This document shows positions 8,403 to 20,300 of a stretch of 64,000 nucleotides of DNA, in pieces. Position numbers and translations under genes: made by a program. The notes beneath the pieces are model-generated. The model was not told the origin of the DNA. It ran no database searches and saw only the letters and a list, made by a program, of their open reading frames with translations. The DNA lies in assembly GCA_963665665.1 (NCBI GenBank), contig OY762428.1, forward strand, positions 1,024,001 to 1,088,000, given 5' to 3'. Positions within the stretch are counted from its first letter, which is position 1, and each line of letters opens with the position of its first letter. This stretch comes from Candidatus Kapaibacterium sp. (GTDB taxonomy: Bacteria > Bacteroidota > Ignavibacteria > Kapaibacteriales > UBA2268).

Positions 8403-8746
8403 CAAAAAAAGAAATAATGATATACGCTATAATTGTTATTATTTGTACCGCTCTTCCACAAATAATAATGTATTATCCGACAATATTTATGCTGACACAC
8501 AGCACTGGCGAACCTATGAACCATAATATCATAAATTTATATTCCCCGGTAAAATGGACTTGTATGCTGCTGCTTCATCTGTCATCTGCTGTTTTAATTG
8601 TCCTTGCAGAAAAAAGAAAAGGCGGCAAAGTTTCTGCAATTGCTGTTCTGCTTGGGCTTTTCCTGAACTTTCCAGGCTTTATAGCTTATATGATCTGGCA
8701 GGTAATTGATAGAAAAAAACTATTTCTGGATGATATGGAAGCATGA
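8393..8746 (+). CDS. Hypothetical 3-TM membrane protein (paralog of upstream ORF)
   Basis: LTKKEIMIYAIIVII vs ISRKELTVYFIVVIA, and IAYMIWQVIDR vs IAYMAWFVINR. Confidence 0.7.
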   Translation: MDLTKKEIMIYAIIVIICTALPQIIMYYPTIFMLTHSTGEPMNHNIINLYSPVKWTCMLLLHLSSAVLIVLAEKRKGGKVSAIAVLLGLFLNFPGFIAYMIWQVIDRKKLFLDDMEA

Positions 8747-8963
8747 AAATGCGATACAATATAATTTTTGTTATTAATCAATATTTGTATTGACTTGATT
8801 ACAGATCAAAACAATTGTAAAGTGCATTTTTATGACATATCAATTTGAATTGGAATAAAATTCAATCAATTTATTTATAATATTTCTTTCCATTTTTCAA
8901 AATAATTGATAATTTGGTAAGATGTAATCGGGGGTAAATTACCAAAATATACCGGGAAAAATC

Positions 8964-10781
8964 ATGAGAATTGTTCATTTAGTTTTGATTATCACTATCC
9001 TATCATTCTTTTCATGCCAATATGAGCCAACCGGAGTTAACCATCTTGAAGTGGATTCTGAAGCTACGACTCCTGTGATGACGATTGATTTCGATGGAAA
9101 CAATGACACATTAATTATAGACGGGCCTACTTATCTGCGTTTTAAATATTCTACCGGAGATAAGAACCTGAATTTTGCTTATACTTTTATTGACAGCAAT
9201 GAAATTAATTCAAAGCTTATTGACGATGATTACATCGAATGTTATTTAGCTCCACAAAATATCGGATCCGGGTCTTACGAATTTACTGTATTGCTGTTCT
9301 CAAATTCTCAGACAGGCAGCATTGCTGACCTTTTAAAACTCGAAGGATTTTTATTTGCCAGAACATGGACACTCATCGTTATTAACAAATCCGACATGAC
9401 TCCTGAAATTACCGGCTATGAAATTGAAAACGGATTACTTAAACTCAATTTCAACCAAAGCAATCCGGAACTAATATCCGAATATATACTTAATAAAAGA
9501 TTATGGTATGTTGAAAGCAGAGCAGTCGCAACAGAAACGGACCCGGAAAAAAGATTCATTTTCGATGACTCTTATGTTGGGGAAAAGGCTACTTATGTGC
9601 TCATTTCAAAAACAGTTTTCGGCTATGAACTGGAATCTAAAATATTCTCTATAAATAATAATTTACCGAGTGTTACAACGGAAAACTATTCTTCTTTTGA
9701 TGAAATTCATTATCAATGGGAAAAATGTCCATACTACAACGCATTTGAAGCATATAAAATCACTCTTCCCGGTGGTGAAGAAAAAATTATAAACGATATT
9801 GATCAGACCAGCGGGGTTTTTAACTCTATATTTGGTAAAAATGTAAGGTTTAACATCACTTTGATACCAAAGAACAAGCCGGATAATTTCGAAGAAATAT
9901 CAGACAGATATACCGTTGAAACCTATTTGTCTCCTGGTGAAACTCTCCCTCATTCGGGTATTCCATTCAGAATCGGAAATAAACTTTATATCCCACAAAG
10001 TTATAGCTGGATTAAGTATGATCCTGTAAGGAATATTTCATCATCAACAATTTGTTTCCCATCCGGACAAATAAGTTGTTCCTATACACAGAACGGAAAA
10101 TATGCTTTTATTGGGTACGCTCACGACCATCAGTTAATATTTTTCGAACCGGAAACAGCTGTATCAATGAATCCTATCAAAACTGAAAGCCTTGTAGGTG
10201 AAGAAATATTTATCTTGGAATCTGTTTTGTCTGACAATGGAATTGCAGGTTTCGGTCATTCAGATGGTGATCTGTATTTGTATGATTTTCCTAATAATAA
10301 GTTCATTGGAACAGTTGATATTGAATATGATATCAGGGGACTTGCAATATCTTCCGGAGGGAAATATTTACTTGTTGAAGATTTTGCAAGAACAAGATTA
10401 TTCGATATAGGTGATGATATAGTTGAGTCAGACAGATTGCAGGAAATAAAAAGCGGAACTTTTGACGAAATGCAATTCCTGACAACCGATCCGGATCTAT
10501 TTATATTTAAAGAATATGGAAAATTTAGAATTATTAATGCTAAAACTGCCGAGGAGGTTTCTTCTTTTGAAGTTGATAATAATGAAGATATTGTTTATTA
10601 CGACCTGATTAATAACAGATTAGTAACAAACGACCGTAATTATATACGAATATATAACTTTCTGACCGGCGAACAGATTTCAGATGATATCCCTCATGAT
10701 CTCAGATATGACCAAAACGGCTGTGTGCTGATCGGTGATTATCTATATGTTGAAGGCGGAAAAAGAGTGAAGGTGTTTTAA
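8964..10781 (+). CDS. Lipoprotein with C-terminal beta-propeller-like region
   Basis: Lipobox FFSC after a hydrophobic signal; WD/YVTN-like repeats (GLAISSGGKYLLV). Confidence 0.7.
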   Translation: MRIVHLVLIITILSFFSCQYEPTGVNHLEVDSEATTPVMTIDFDGNNDTLIIDGPTYLRFKYSTGDKNLNFAYTFIDSNEINSKLIDDDYIECYLAPQNIGSGSYEFTVLLFSNSQTGSIADLLKLEGFLFARTWTLIVINKSDMTPEITGYEIENGLLKLNFNQSNPELISEYILNKRLWYVESRAVATETDPEKRFIFDDSYVGEKATYVLISKTVFGYELESKIFSINNNLPSVTTENYSSFDEIHYQWEKCPYYNAFEAYKITLPGGEEKIINDIDQTSGVFNSIFGKNVRFNITLIPKNKPDNFEEISDRYTVETYLSPGETLPHSGIPFRIGNKLYIPQSYSWIKYDPVRNISSSTICFPSGQISCSYTQNGKYAFIGYAHDHQLIFFEPETAVSMNPIKTESLVGEEIFILESVLSDNGIAGFGHSDGDLYLYDFPNNKFIGTVDIEYDIRGLAISSGGKYLLVEDFARTRLFDIGDDIVESDRLQEIKSGTFDEMQFLTTDPDLFIFKEYGKFRIINAKTAEEVSSFEVDNNEDIVYYDLINNRLVTNDRNYIRIYNFLTGEQISDDIPHDLRYDQNGCVLIGDYLYVEGGKRVKVF

Positions 10782-10782
10782 A

Positions 10783-11520
10783 ATGAAAAAATTAATTACA
10801 ACATTGCTGTTTATCTGTTTAGGTATTGTTGAAATGCATTCCCAGATAAGCATAAGTTTGCAAACAGGATATAATACGGTTGAAAAACCAAATCTGAATG
10901 AATTGAACCAGTCCTTACTGGAAGCACTTCCCTTTCAGGCAGGAATTGTTGATGATTTTCCTGATTATGTTTACTTCCAGGGAGCTTTTCTGATTTACCT
11001 TCAGAATTTTGATTGGGGTATTAATATGGCATATACATCAACCGGATCCAGAATCAGTTATGAGGATTACTCAGGAAATTACACACAGGACAATTTTGTT
11101 TCGGCCTTCAATATTGGTTTTTTAATTCAAAAGAGATTTAGATTATCCGGTAAGCACCAGGGAATAATATTTCTTGAAGGAGGATCGGTCATATCATTTC
11201 TAACAATAGAAGAGAACATCCTGATAGGGGAAGTAAACGAGAATTACAAATATGATTTTGAAAATACATCTTTTTATATCTCTCCGGGTATTAAATACCA
11301 ATACCCGGTTTATGACTTCCTACGTGTTGGATTAAGCCTGTCATATTTCTTAGATTTGAACAAGGAATATCATTTAAAAAACAATGACAATGCCATATTA
11401 ACATTAGAAAATAGCGGAACAAAAGTAAAAAGCAACTGGGATGGAATAAGATTTGGCATTTTGGCTGAGTTTTATATCAAGTCCATTTTCAAAATCGAAG
11501 AACCAGAGTACGGTATATAG
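10783..11520 (+). CDS. Outer-membrane beta-barrel protein
   Basis: Signal peptide, alternating aromatic strands, C-terminal WDGIRFGILAEFY. Confidence 0.65.
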   Translation: MKKLITTLLFICLGIVEMHSQISISLQTGYNTVEKPNLNELNQSLLEALPFQAGIVDDFPDYVYFQGAFLIYLQNFDWGINMAYTSTGSRISYEDYSGNYTQDNFVSAFNIGFLIQKRFRLSGKHQGIIFLEGGSVISFLTIEENILIGEVNENYKYDFENTSFYISPGIKYQYPVYDFLRVGLSLSYFLDLNKEYHLKNNDNAILTLENSGTKVKSNWDGIRFGILAEFYIKSIFKIEEPEYGI

Positions 11521-11597
11521 TTTTTAAACACTTACTGATTGGCTACTACTAAGCAGAAATGGAAAATATGTCAGATGTTAAAAAAATACCAAAAAAA

Positions 11598-11668
11598 TGT
11601 CACTTTGACCGCAGCGAAAAAACCTAATCAGCATGAATAGTGGATTATTCACTTCTTTCAAAATGACA
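11598..11668. repeat. Degenerate GTCA...TGAC REP-like element
   Basis: TGTCACTTTGA...TCAAAATGACA arms resemble the 3251 and 36516 copies. Confidence 0.5.
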
Positions 11669-11733
11669 ATTCACAAGAATTCAGAACAAAGAGTCTTCTC
11701 GTAAATTAAGAATAAAAAAAAATTTCAAAAAAT

Positions 11734-13458
11734 TTAATCCAGCAACCCAATCTTAATAGATACACGGCGTTTGAATTCATTGTCGCGGGTTTCGCGGGTA
11801 TCTACTCCCATGCCTTCCACTTCCCATACAATATGGTCTTTTACAATCTGGTAGTCGGCGCGCTTTTCAAGTCGGCTCATCAGGAAACGGGCAGTAAAAT
11901 ATGCACGCAATTCTGATAAAACGATATTATCAACCTTTGCACCCCTCTCCACAACAAGGCCTGTGGCGGGATCGTCGATACCCGGGCCGCTGTACCTGGC
12001 AGCCGGGGATATCGGCCTTGGATCGGCAAATCCCCTAATGGTTATACCGAGTTTATCGCCAGAATCGGCGCATTTACCGCCGAAATAATCAAGCCTTTCC
12101 AGGATAAAATTCACAGCGTCTGCAAGAGCTTCGTCAACAACTTTGGCAAAGCCGTCATATTCCTCGCCCGGCCTTTCGATATACGAAGTGGAATCTGCAC
12201 TGCCAACCAGGTTGTATGCAAATTTCAGCCTCAGGTCCTGCAGGTTATCAGTTGTATTAGGCAGGTAATATCCAGACACAAAGAACGGCACATTATACTG
12301 CTCGAACGAAAACTCATTTTGCAATTCCGGTATCCTGAAATTCACATTCATAACCACAACAGAAGTGTCCGAGCATGGTGCTTTTATAATCTGTACAGCT
12401 CTTGATTCCGGCAGACAGTGATTGGAATAAACTATCCTGTATGAATCTCCCGGCACGGCTGTGAAGTTAAAATTACCGAAAAACGTACTTTCACCCTCAA
12501 GTAGCAGGTTATCAGATTTATCAAAGACTTTATAATCACCGGTAAGCATCATTCCCGATGGAGGTTCTTGCAGCTTGCAGCGCACAATTACCGGTCCGCA
12601 AAGTTCCATGGAGTATATATCGAATCCACCACAGCCCTCGTTCCTGTCGGAACTGAAATATATCATTTTCTCGGTCACAAGGGGGTATTTCTCATCACTG
12701 TCGCTGTTTATCGGGAATGTCAGAACCATCGATTCTTCAGGATCCATAAAATTCCTTGCTTTTAGCAGGTCGAAGTCACCTTTATCGGTGAAACCGTTCG
12801 AGGAATAATATAGAACTCCGTTGCGGTCTATAAAGGGTGTCATCTCGTCGCCGGGCGAGTTTACCGATTCGCCAAGGTTTTTCGGCTCGGACCACTTGCC
12901 GGAAGACCTATTATAATGAGATATATACAGGTCGGTTCCGCCAAAGCCGTCCGGCCTTTCGCTGGTAAATACAATATGGGCGCCGTCGGGAGATATTGCC
13001 GGATGAGACTCATACCCAGGCGAATTGATTCCGCTAAGAGGAATAAGCGAGTTGCCGGAAATTTCGAACAGGTCGCTGTGCATCTGTCTGCCCTGCCGAA
13101 CAATCGAAGCGGCATATTTTTTTACATCGTCTCCGGAATTTAAAACCGAACCTATCACGACGCTGCTTCCTTCCACCGGAACCATCGAATTTTCCGGTAT
13201 GGCATTTGAATTGCCATCAGCAAAGAATTTAACTGAATAATATTCGAAATTTCTTTCTTCCATCCTGTCCGACGCAAAAACAAGTTTATTTCCAATCATA
13301 ATCGGTGCAATTTCATCAGCCGGAGAATTCACGGCCTCGCCAAGATTACCGTTGGTGGTATGTTCAGGGCACACCCCCGGCTGCGTTGTTTTGCATGAGG
13401 ATAAAATAATTGTGAGTATGAATATGGCGGCAAATCCGTTTGCGATAAAATTCTTCAT
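11734..13458 (-). CDS. Lipoprotein with PD40 (TolB-like) repeats and OmpA-like C-terminal region
   Basis: Lipobox ILSSC; INSPGYESHPAISPDGAHIVFTSER and GFGGTDLY repeats; C-terminal IRGFAD...LSELRA...RRVSI. Confidence 0.75.
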   Translation of the reverse strand: MKNFIANGFAAIFILTIILSSCKTTQPGVCPEHTTNGNLGEAVNSPADEIAPIMIGNKLVFASDRMEERNFEYYSVKFFADGNSNAIPENSMVPVEGSSVVIGSVLNSGDDVKKYAASIVRQGRQMHSDLFEISGNSLIPLSGINSPGYESHPAISPDGAHIVFTSERPDGFGGTDLYISHYNRSSGKWSEPKNLGESVNSPGDEMTPFIDRNGVLYYSSNGFTDKGDFDLLKARNFMDPEESMVLTFPINSDSDEKYPLVTEKMIYFSSDRNEGCGGFDIYSMELCGPVIVRCKLQEPPSGMMLTGDYKVFDKSDNLLLEGESTFFGNFNFTAVPGDSYRIVYSNHCLPESRAVQIIKAPCSDTSVVVMNVNFRIPELQNEFSFEQYNVPFFVSGYYLPNTTDNLQDLRLKFAYNLVGSADSTSYIERPGEEYDGFAKVVDEALADAVNFILERLDYFGGKCADSGDKLGITIRGFADPRPISPAARYSGPGIDDPATGLVVERGAKVDNIVLSELRAYFTARFLMSRLEKRADYQIVKDHIVWEVEGMGVDTRETRDNEFKRRVSIKIGLLD

Positions 13459-13603
13459 CCTTCAATTCCTGTTCTAGAAAAAAAATTTTAAATTAAAATA
13501 TAAAAAAAATCAATCAGTTCCATACATTTGTAATAATAATAATGTCAGTTTCCGAAAAAACCGGATTTTTTTGATTTATCGGCAGTAAGAGGTAGAAACT
13601 TAA

Positions 13604-14782
13604 ATGAGAGCAACCAGAGCTTTGGTAAACCTGAACAATTTGAAGCACAACCTGGAACAGATTAAAGCAACAGCCCCCGGCAAAAAAATAATTGGTGTGG
13701 TTAAAGCCAATGCTTACGGCCACGGAATTATTGAAATTTCCAGGTTCCTGGAAAAACAGGACGTGGACTTTCTCGGAGTGGGCTACCCCGAAGAAGGGAT
13801 AAAACTTCGCAAAGCCGGGATAACCAAGCCGATTATCGTTCTGGTGGCTGCTCAAAAGGAATCTGCCTACCTTTTCGTTAAATACAATCTGGAAGCGGTA
13901 ATATCCAATTTATCATTCCTGGAATCGATAAATGAGAAAGCCGCCAAATACGGAATAATTATCAGGGCGCACCTGTTTATCAATACAGGTATGAACCGCG
14001 AAGGTATTCAACCGGACCAAGCCCATGAATTCATGAAAAAAGCGGAAAAGCTTAAAAACATTAATCTGGCCGGACTGACTACCCACCTTTCCACATCCGA
14101 CCTCAGGGACGACGATAATATCCGCGACCAGCTTAATATCTTCAATGATACACTGAACCGGCTGAAAAACTCCGGGCACAGTTTTGAATTTGTTCATACT
14201 GCCAACAGCGGAGCGGTTCTGAACTATAAAAACTCCCAGTTCAACACTATCAGGCCGGGGATTGCCATGTATGGTTATGATATATCAATCATCCCAAACC
14301 GGCACATCCCGCTTAAACCGGTAATGGAAATTCAAAGCAAAATTGCCCTGACAAGGGATGTTTCACCCGGAAATTACGTGGGCTATAGCCGCTCTTACGA
14401 AGCAAGAAAGGCGCTGAGAATAGCCGTGATACCGATCGGTTACGGCGACGGCTACCCGTATTCGCTCAGTCATAAGGCTGAATGCATTATCAAAGGCAGG
14501 CGCTGCCCGATAGTCGGCACGGTATGTATGGATCAGTTTATGGTTGATATTGGCGACGCTGATTTCCAGCCCGGAGACAAAGTAACAATTATCGGCCAGA
14601 ATGGTGATGAAGAAATAACAGTTTCGGAACTGGCTGCACGTGCCGGAACATTGAAATACGAGATACTCACATCCATTGCCGAGAGGATTCCCAGGGTCTA
14701 TATCAAACCCAAAATGACGAGGAAATTATCGCAAAACCTAGCCAATTCCGGAAAAGAAGCCCTTGAGCATACTGATTATTGA
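13604..14782 (+). CDS. alr: Alanine racemase
   Basis: VVKANAYGHG (PLP lysine), NTGMNREG, HTANSG, RPGIAMYG, IGYGDGY, GTVCMDQ. Confidence 0.96.
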   Translation: MRATRALVNLNNLKHNLEQIKATAPGKKIIGVVKANAYGHGIIEISRFLEKQDVDFLGVGYPEEGIKLRKAGITKPIIVLVAAQKESAYLFVKYNLEAVISNLSFLESINEKAAKYGIIIRAHLFINTGMNREGIQPDQAHEFMKKAEKLKNINLAGLTTHLSTSDLRDDDNIRDQLNIFNDTLNRLKNSGHSFEFVHTANSGAVLNYKNSQFNTIRPGIAMYGYDISIIPNRHIPLKPVMEIQSKIALTRDVSPGNYVGYSRSYEARKALRIAVIPIGYGDGYPYSLSHKAECIIKGRRCPIVGTVCMDQFMVDIGDADFQPGDKVTIIGQNGDEEITVSELAARAGTLKYEILTSIAERIPRVYIKPKMTRKLSQNLANSGKEALEHTDY

Positions 14783-14822
14783 AATAGATAATGGGATTTT
14801 TTGAATTAGCTGATTGGGAATA

Positions 14823-16775
14823 TCACAATTTATAATTTACTGTCAGGAAGAAATTGGGGATTTCATCACTATCAATTCCATTGATATTTCTGAATTCATA
14901 CCATCCGTCAAAATCAATTCTCGTTCCGCTTTCAAAACTATACCTTAGCATAAATTCGGGACTGTATGATTTGTGGTCAAGCTGGCCGGAAATGTAAGTT
15001 CCGGGGATTTTTTTCAATTGATCCTGCTTTAATCCGTAGAACCTTACACCTATTCCTGTATTAAGATTGCCTCGAAGGTTGCTGTATATCAACATCAATT
15101 TTACAAACTGTTCAGTCTGGCTGCTTTGTGGTGTTTCAGCGAATTTATCCCAGTATAGAATTCCCCTCTCGTTATACCTCAGAATAATTCCGGAGCTCAA
15201 ACTATAATGCTTATCCAGCCTGAATGCCATAGAATCACGATAGGCAAACTGGCGGAAGCTGAAGCTGTTTATTCCGGGGCTGATATCCTCGAAATCATAT
15301 ACAGTATAATTTGCAAGAACTTCAAGTGAGGGATTAATCATCAGCCTGCCAATTCTGTATTCTATTTTCGGGTTAAACCTGAGTATCCTGTTAATATTGT
15401 TCAATGCACTTCTCTGTGCTTTAAGGAAAACAAGGTGAGTAAGCTGAAAATCAAATTGCAGGCTCATTCTCAGGAAAGGAGAAAATATCCTTGAATAATT
15501 TATCCCGGCCAGAATATTCAATTCATCCCTGTCGTCATAGTTTTGTTCACTCGGAGTGTCATATTGCAACAGCGACATGGAATAATCAAAATTTATACTA
15601 TCCTTTAGCCCGAGCGGAATGTTCAAAACAGAAAACAGCCTTGTTTTAAAAGCATTATTATCCCTTTGGTTTTCCCTGTTTCGCAGAATATCTTCCTCAT
15701 CTTCGGATATACCGTATTTGTTATTTATTGTATTTTCTTCAGTTCTTGAAAAAAAGTCCATTCCTATCTTTTGAAAACCAAATCCGTAATCAATATCAGT
15801 AGCAACAGAAAGATCCATATTGAATTCTTTTGATATTCTTTCAATACCTGATATACTAAGGACTTCGTAACTTTTATCATAAGCACGTGCAACCTTTTTG
15901 TCCGATACCGAAAGTTTAAATTCCGCAGGCAGGTTCAAGATATTTAGTCTCAGGTTCAGGTTGGTATTAAAATTATTTTCCAGCCGGTTTTCCACCGAAT
16001 ATAAATAATGGTCATCACCACCAAGTGCATTCAGAAAGTCCCTGCTCAATCGCCGGTATTTAAAATCCATTCCAATATAATTATTTCCCTCGTATGCCCT
16101 GCTGAAACCTGCAAAAACATCCATATCAGAATCTGTTCTGTCCGGTGAAATATTCTTATCCGGCTTCAGGGCAGTATATTCCTGCTTCGCTTTTGCAAAA
16201 ATGTTGTAATTATCAAAATTATAATTTTTCAGCAATCCTTCCATCAAATAAGTCCATCCACGCGCATTAACACCAATTTGGATATTTCTTTCCGGCCCTG
16301 CTAAGGCTTTGAAATACGAATTATCTAAAAATTTATACCCAAGGCCAAACTTACTATTCAGCTTATCCAGTTTGTTAATTCCGATATTTCTTGTATCTGA
16401 TGACAGAAGCCAATCCATAGTGGCATTCAGCCAAAGATAATCAGTAATGGGGTAGCGATATCCGATATTCATCAGCTCGTCATCCCTGAAAGAATTTGTT
16501 GATGTTTCTATTGCCGAGCCCCGGTAATTTTGATATAATGAAATTGAACCGTAGTCGGTTGATAACCAGAGATTCCCGAAACCCCTGAAAAAATATGTGT
16601 TAACAGATTTATCAACCCCAAACCGAATATCATTGACATCAACAGTATCTGTTACAACATCCGGGTATAGACTAATATCCTGTTGCGAAAACAAATATAC
16701 AGGAATAATCTGAAAGCAGGAGATAATCACTCCTGCAATAAGAATCATGAAAAACTTCTCAAAGCCTTTTGACAT
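14823..16775 (-). CDS. Hypothetical outer-membrane beta-barrel-like protein
   Basis: N-terminal signal, aromatic-rich beta pattern, terminal FFLTVNYKL. Confidence 0.6.
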   Translation of the reverse strand: MSKGFEKFFMILIAGVIISCFQIIPVYLFSQQDISLYPDVVTDTVDVNDIRFGVDKSVNTYFFRGFGNLWLSTDYGSISLYQNYRGSAIETSTNSFRDDELMNIGYRYPITDYLWLNATMDWLLSSDTRNIGINKLDKLNSKFGLGYKFLDNSYFKALAGPERNIQIGVNARGWTYLMEGLLKNYNFDNYNIFAKAKQEYTALKPDKNISPDRTDSDMDVFAGFSRAYEGNNYIGMDFKYRRLSRDFLNALGGDDHYLYSVENRLENNFNTNLNLRLNILNLPAEFKLSVSDKKVARAYDKSYEVLSISGIERISKEFNMDLSVATDIDYGFGFQKIGMDFFSRTEENTINNKYGISEDEEDILRNRENQRDNNAFKTRLFSVLNIPLGLKDSINFDYSMSLLQYDTPSEQNYDDRDELNILAGINYSRIFSPFLRMSLQFDFQLTHLVFLKAQRSALNNINRILRFNPKIEYRIGRLMINPSLEVLANYTVYDFEDISPGINSFSFRQFAYRDSMAFRLDKHYSLSSGIILRYNERGILYWDKFAETPQSSQTEQFVKLMLIYSNLRGNLNTGIGVRFYGLKQDQLKKIPGTYISGQLDHKSYSPEFMLRYSFESGTRIDFDGWYEFRNINGIDSDEIPNFFLTVNYKL

Positions 16776-16776
16776 T

Positions 16777-17001
16777 TCAGTCCCGGCCTGTTATTTCCGG
16801 CAATTTAGCAAACGCTTCTGTAAAGCATTTCCTTTTGAATGCCACAACCATTTCAGTTATTGCACCGGCACTTTCCCTTACAATTATTTTTTTCCCGCTT
16901 TTCAGGCTGACAGTAGTATCATGCGAGCTTTCAATAGTCTCTATCTCGTCAGCATTGATAGTAATGGGGCGCCCGTCAATTCTTGATAAATTAATCATCA
17001 C
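16777..17001 (-). CDS. flbD: Flagellar FlbD (SwrD) family protein
   Basis: MINLSRIDGRPITINADEIETIESSHDTTVSLKSGKKIIVRES matches the FlbD pattern. Confidence 0.85.
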   Translation of the reverse strand: MMINLSRIDGRPITINADEIETIESSHDTTVSLKSGKKIIVRESAGAITEMVVAFKRKCFTEAFAKLPEITGRD

Positions 17002-17313
17002 TGATATTCAGATATTGCAACAGAATATTTTCAGCCCAAAATAAATAAATCAATCCTTAAAACCAAGATACTATTAGTTAGCAAATTGAATTTCAGCAGA
17101 AAATTTTTCGGACTTTAACTCCGGCTTTATATCAAATTAACATAAGGGAAGTAAATTGTCTTGCAAGAAATATGGACTTTCTTATTCATTTTATCTCGAT
17201 TCATCGCCCTACCGGTTCCATCGGAGCCGGTATTTTTTTTTGTTTTTTCAAAAATTTTCATCAAATTATACGATTCGAAAAATTCATTGTTATACAAATT
17301 ACCGGACAAACTA

Positions 17314-20300
17314 ATGCACCTAATTTCCATACTACTAATAAGCATTTTTCTAACATTACCATCCCTTGTTTCAGCTGAAGAAAATGAAAAAAAAGACAGC
17401 GGCCCAATGAAAAGTTCAACCTTTAATGGTTTGAAATTCAGGGGTATCGGGCCCGGCATAGCATCGGGTAGAATAATTGATTTTGCGGTTCATCCCTGCA
17501 ATAATGATATAATTTATGCTGCAATTGCCTCCGGTGGCGTTTGGAAAACCACAAATCACGGTACTACATGGATTCCCATCTTTGACTCACAGGGATCTTA
17601 TTCGATCGGATGTGTTACTATTGATCCGAACAACCACCACACAGTTTGGGTGGGAAGTGGCGAGAATAACAGCCAGCGCTCTGTTTCGCACGGCGATGGT
17701 ATTTACCGCTCGGATGACGGTGGAAAAACATGGCGAAATATGGGATTAAAAAAATCTGAACATATTGGTAAGATTATTGTTCGTCCGGGAAATTCTAATG
17801 AAGTTTGGGTAGCTGCACAGGGCCCGCTCTGGAACGCAGGAGGCGACCGCGGACTTTATAAAACAACCGATGGTGGTAAAACATGGGATAAATCTTTATA
17901 TATCAGTGAGAATACAGGCGTATCCGACCTGGTAATGGATCCACGCGATCCTGATGTATTGTATGCATCATCCTATCAGCGCCGCCGCCATGTATGGACA
18001 TTGATTAACGGCGGCCCGGAAGCTGCGATATACAAAACCACTGATAATGGTAAAACATGGAACAAACTTTCAGGCGGACTTCCCGGTGGCGAGCTGGGCA
18101 GGATCGGGCTTGGAATATCACCTGTAAACCCGGATTATATTTATGCCCTTATTGAAGCAGTTGGTAATAAAGGCGGTTTCTTCCGTTCAACTGACCGCGG
18201 GGCATCCTGGAAAGAAATGTACGATATGAAATCAAGCAGCGCACAGTACTACCAGGAAGTATTCTGCGACCCGGTTGATGTCGATAAAGTTTATCTTGTT
18301 GATACATACAGTAAATATACCGAAGACGGAGGCAAAACATGGAAAAATATGGGCCTGAAGGAAAGGCACGTTGACGACCATGCCCTGTGGATCAATCCAA
18401 AGAATACCCTTCACTGGATTATCGGCGGTGACGGCGGCATTTATGAAACTCACGATCATGGTAAAACATGGAAATTTTATGAAAATCTCCCTGTAACTCA
18501 GTTTTACCGTATAGGTATTGATAATACCGAACCTTTCTACTATGTTTACGGAGGAACGCAGGATAATGCAACAATAGGCGGGCCTGTACGCACAGTAAAT
18601 GCACACGGCCTGATGAACCAGGACTTTTATTTCACCAAGGGCGGCGATGGTTTTCAGACCCGTGTTGACCCTGAAAATCCTGACATTGTATATTCACAGG
18701 CACAATATGGCAGCCTTGTAAGGTTCGACCGGAAAAGCGGGCAGAGAACGGATATCCAGCCAATGCCTGACAAAGACGGAGAATTAAGATGGAACTGGGA
18801 CTCTCCGCTGATTATCAGCCCTCATTCCAACACAAGGCTTTATTTCGCTGCAAATGTTTTATTCCGTTCCGATGACCGCGGAGATTCATGGGAACAGATA
18901 AGCCCTGACCTGACAAAACAGATCGACAGAAATCAACTTGAAATAATGGGCAAAGTATGGGGCCCCGAGACAGTTGCCAAAAATGCATCAACTTCTTTGT
19001 ATGGAAATATTGTTGCCCTGACTGAATCACCGCTTAAAGAAAATCTGATTTATGCCGGAACTGACGACGGCCTGATACAGGTTAGCGAGGATGCAAAAAC
19101 CTGGAAGAAAATTGATAAATTCCCCGGTATCCCCGAGCTTAGCTATGTAAGCGACCTGATGGCTTCAAAGCATGATGCCAATACTATATACGCCTGTTTT
19201 GATAACCACAAGATGGGTGATTTCAAACCTTATATATTAAAGAGTACCGACAAAGGCACTTCCTGGAAATCAATTTCTTCCAATTTGCCGGATAATGGCA
19301 TGGCATGGACAATACTTGAAGACCATGTTGATAAGAACCTGCTATTTGTAGGAACTGAATTCGGGATTTTCTTTAGCAATGACGGCGGAAAAAAATGGAT
19401 TCAGCTTAAATCCGGTATTCCGACTATTGCAGTAAGGGATGCGGAAATTCAGCAAAGGGAGAATGACCTGGCGCTTGCTACTTTTGGCAGGGGATTCTAT
19501 ATACTTGATAATTATGCTCCGCTCCGTGAAGTAAATGATGAAATGCTGAATAAAAAAGCACACCTGTTTGCTGTGAAAGATGCCCTCCTATATGTTCCGA
19601 ATACTGCTCCCGGCAGGAGAAATCTTGGCGAAACATTCTTCCGCGCAGAGAATCCGTTTGGAACAGATTTCACTTATTACCTGAAGGAAACACCGAAATC
19701 ATCGAAGAAGATCAGGCAGGAAAAAGCAAAAAAATTGGAGAAGGAAGGGAAAACTCCTCCTTACCCGACTTTTGACGAACTAAGGAAGGAAGACCTTGAA
19801 GAAAGTCCATACCTGATATTTACCGTGAAAAACAGCGATGGCGTGCCGGTCAGAAAACTGTATGCGCCTGCTGCAGCCGGTATTCACAGAATTAACTGGG
19901 ATCTGGACTACCCGGAAATATCACCTGTAGATAAGAATATGAAGGTTAACAAACGTTCAGGATATCCGGTTCTTCCGGGTCAGTACAGCGTAACAATGGA
20001 AATGTTTGACAATGGTAAAATTGAAATGCTTGCCGGACCCGTGAAATTTAACTGCAAACTTCTTAAAAACGAAACTCTTCCTCCAAAGGACAGAAAACAA
20101 CTTGAAAAATTCCAGCAGGACATTGCCAATATGCTAAATACTGCTTACGGAGCTGACAAATATATGAAAGCTCTTAACAACAGGATTGATTTTATTAAAA
20201 AATCTGTCAAACTTTCTGCGAAAGCAGATAATAACATGCTGACAAAGATAAGGGACATAGAACTGAAACTTGCAGACCTGAATATTATTCTGCATGGCAA

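Noticed and set aside
17161-17313. N-terminal extension of the BNR protein from TTG 17161
   Set aside because: ATG 17314 gives a normal signal peptide, and the upstream part looks like intergenic sequence with a hairpin.
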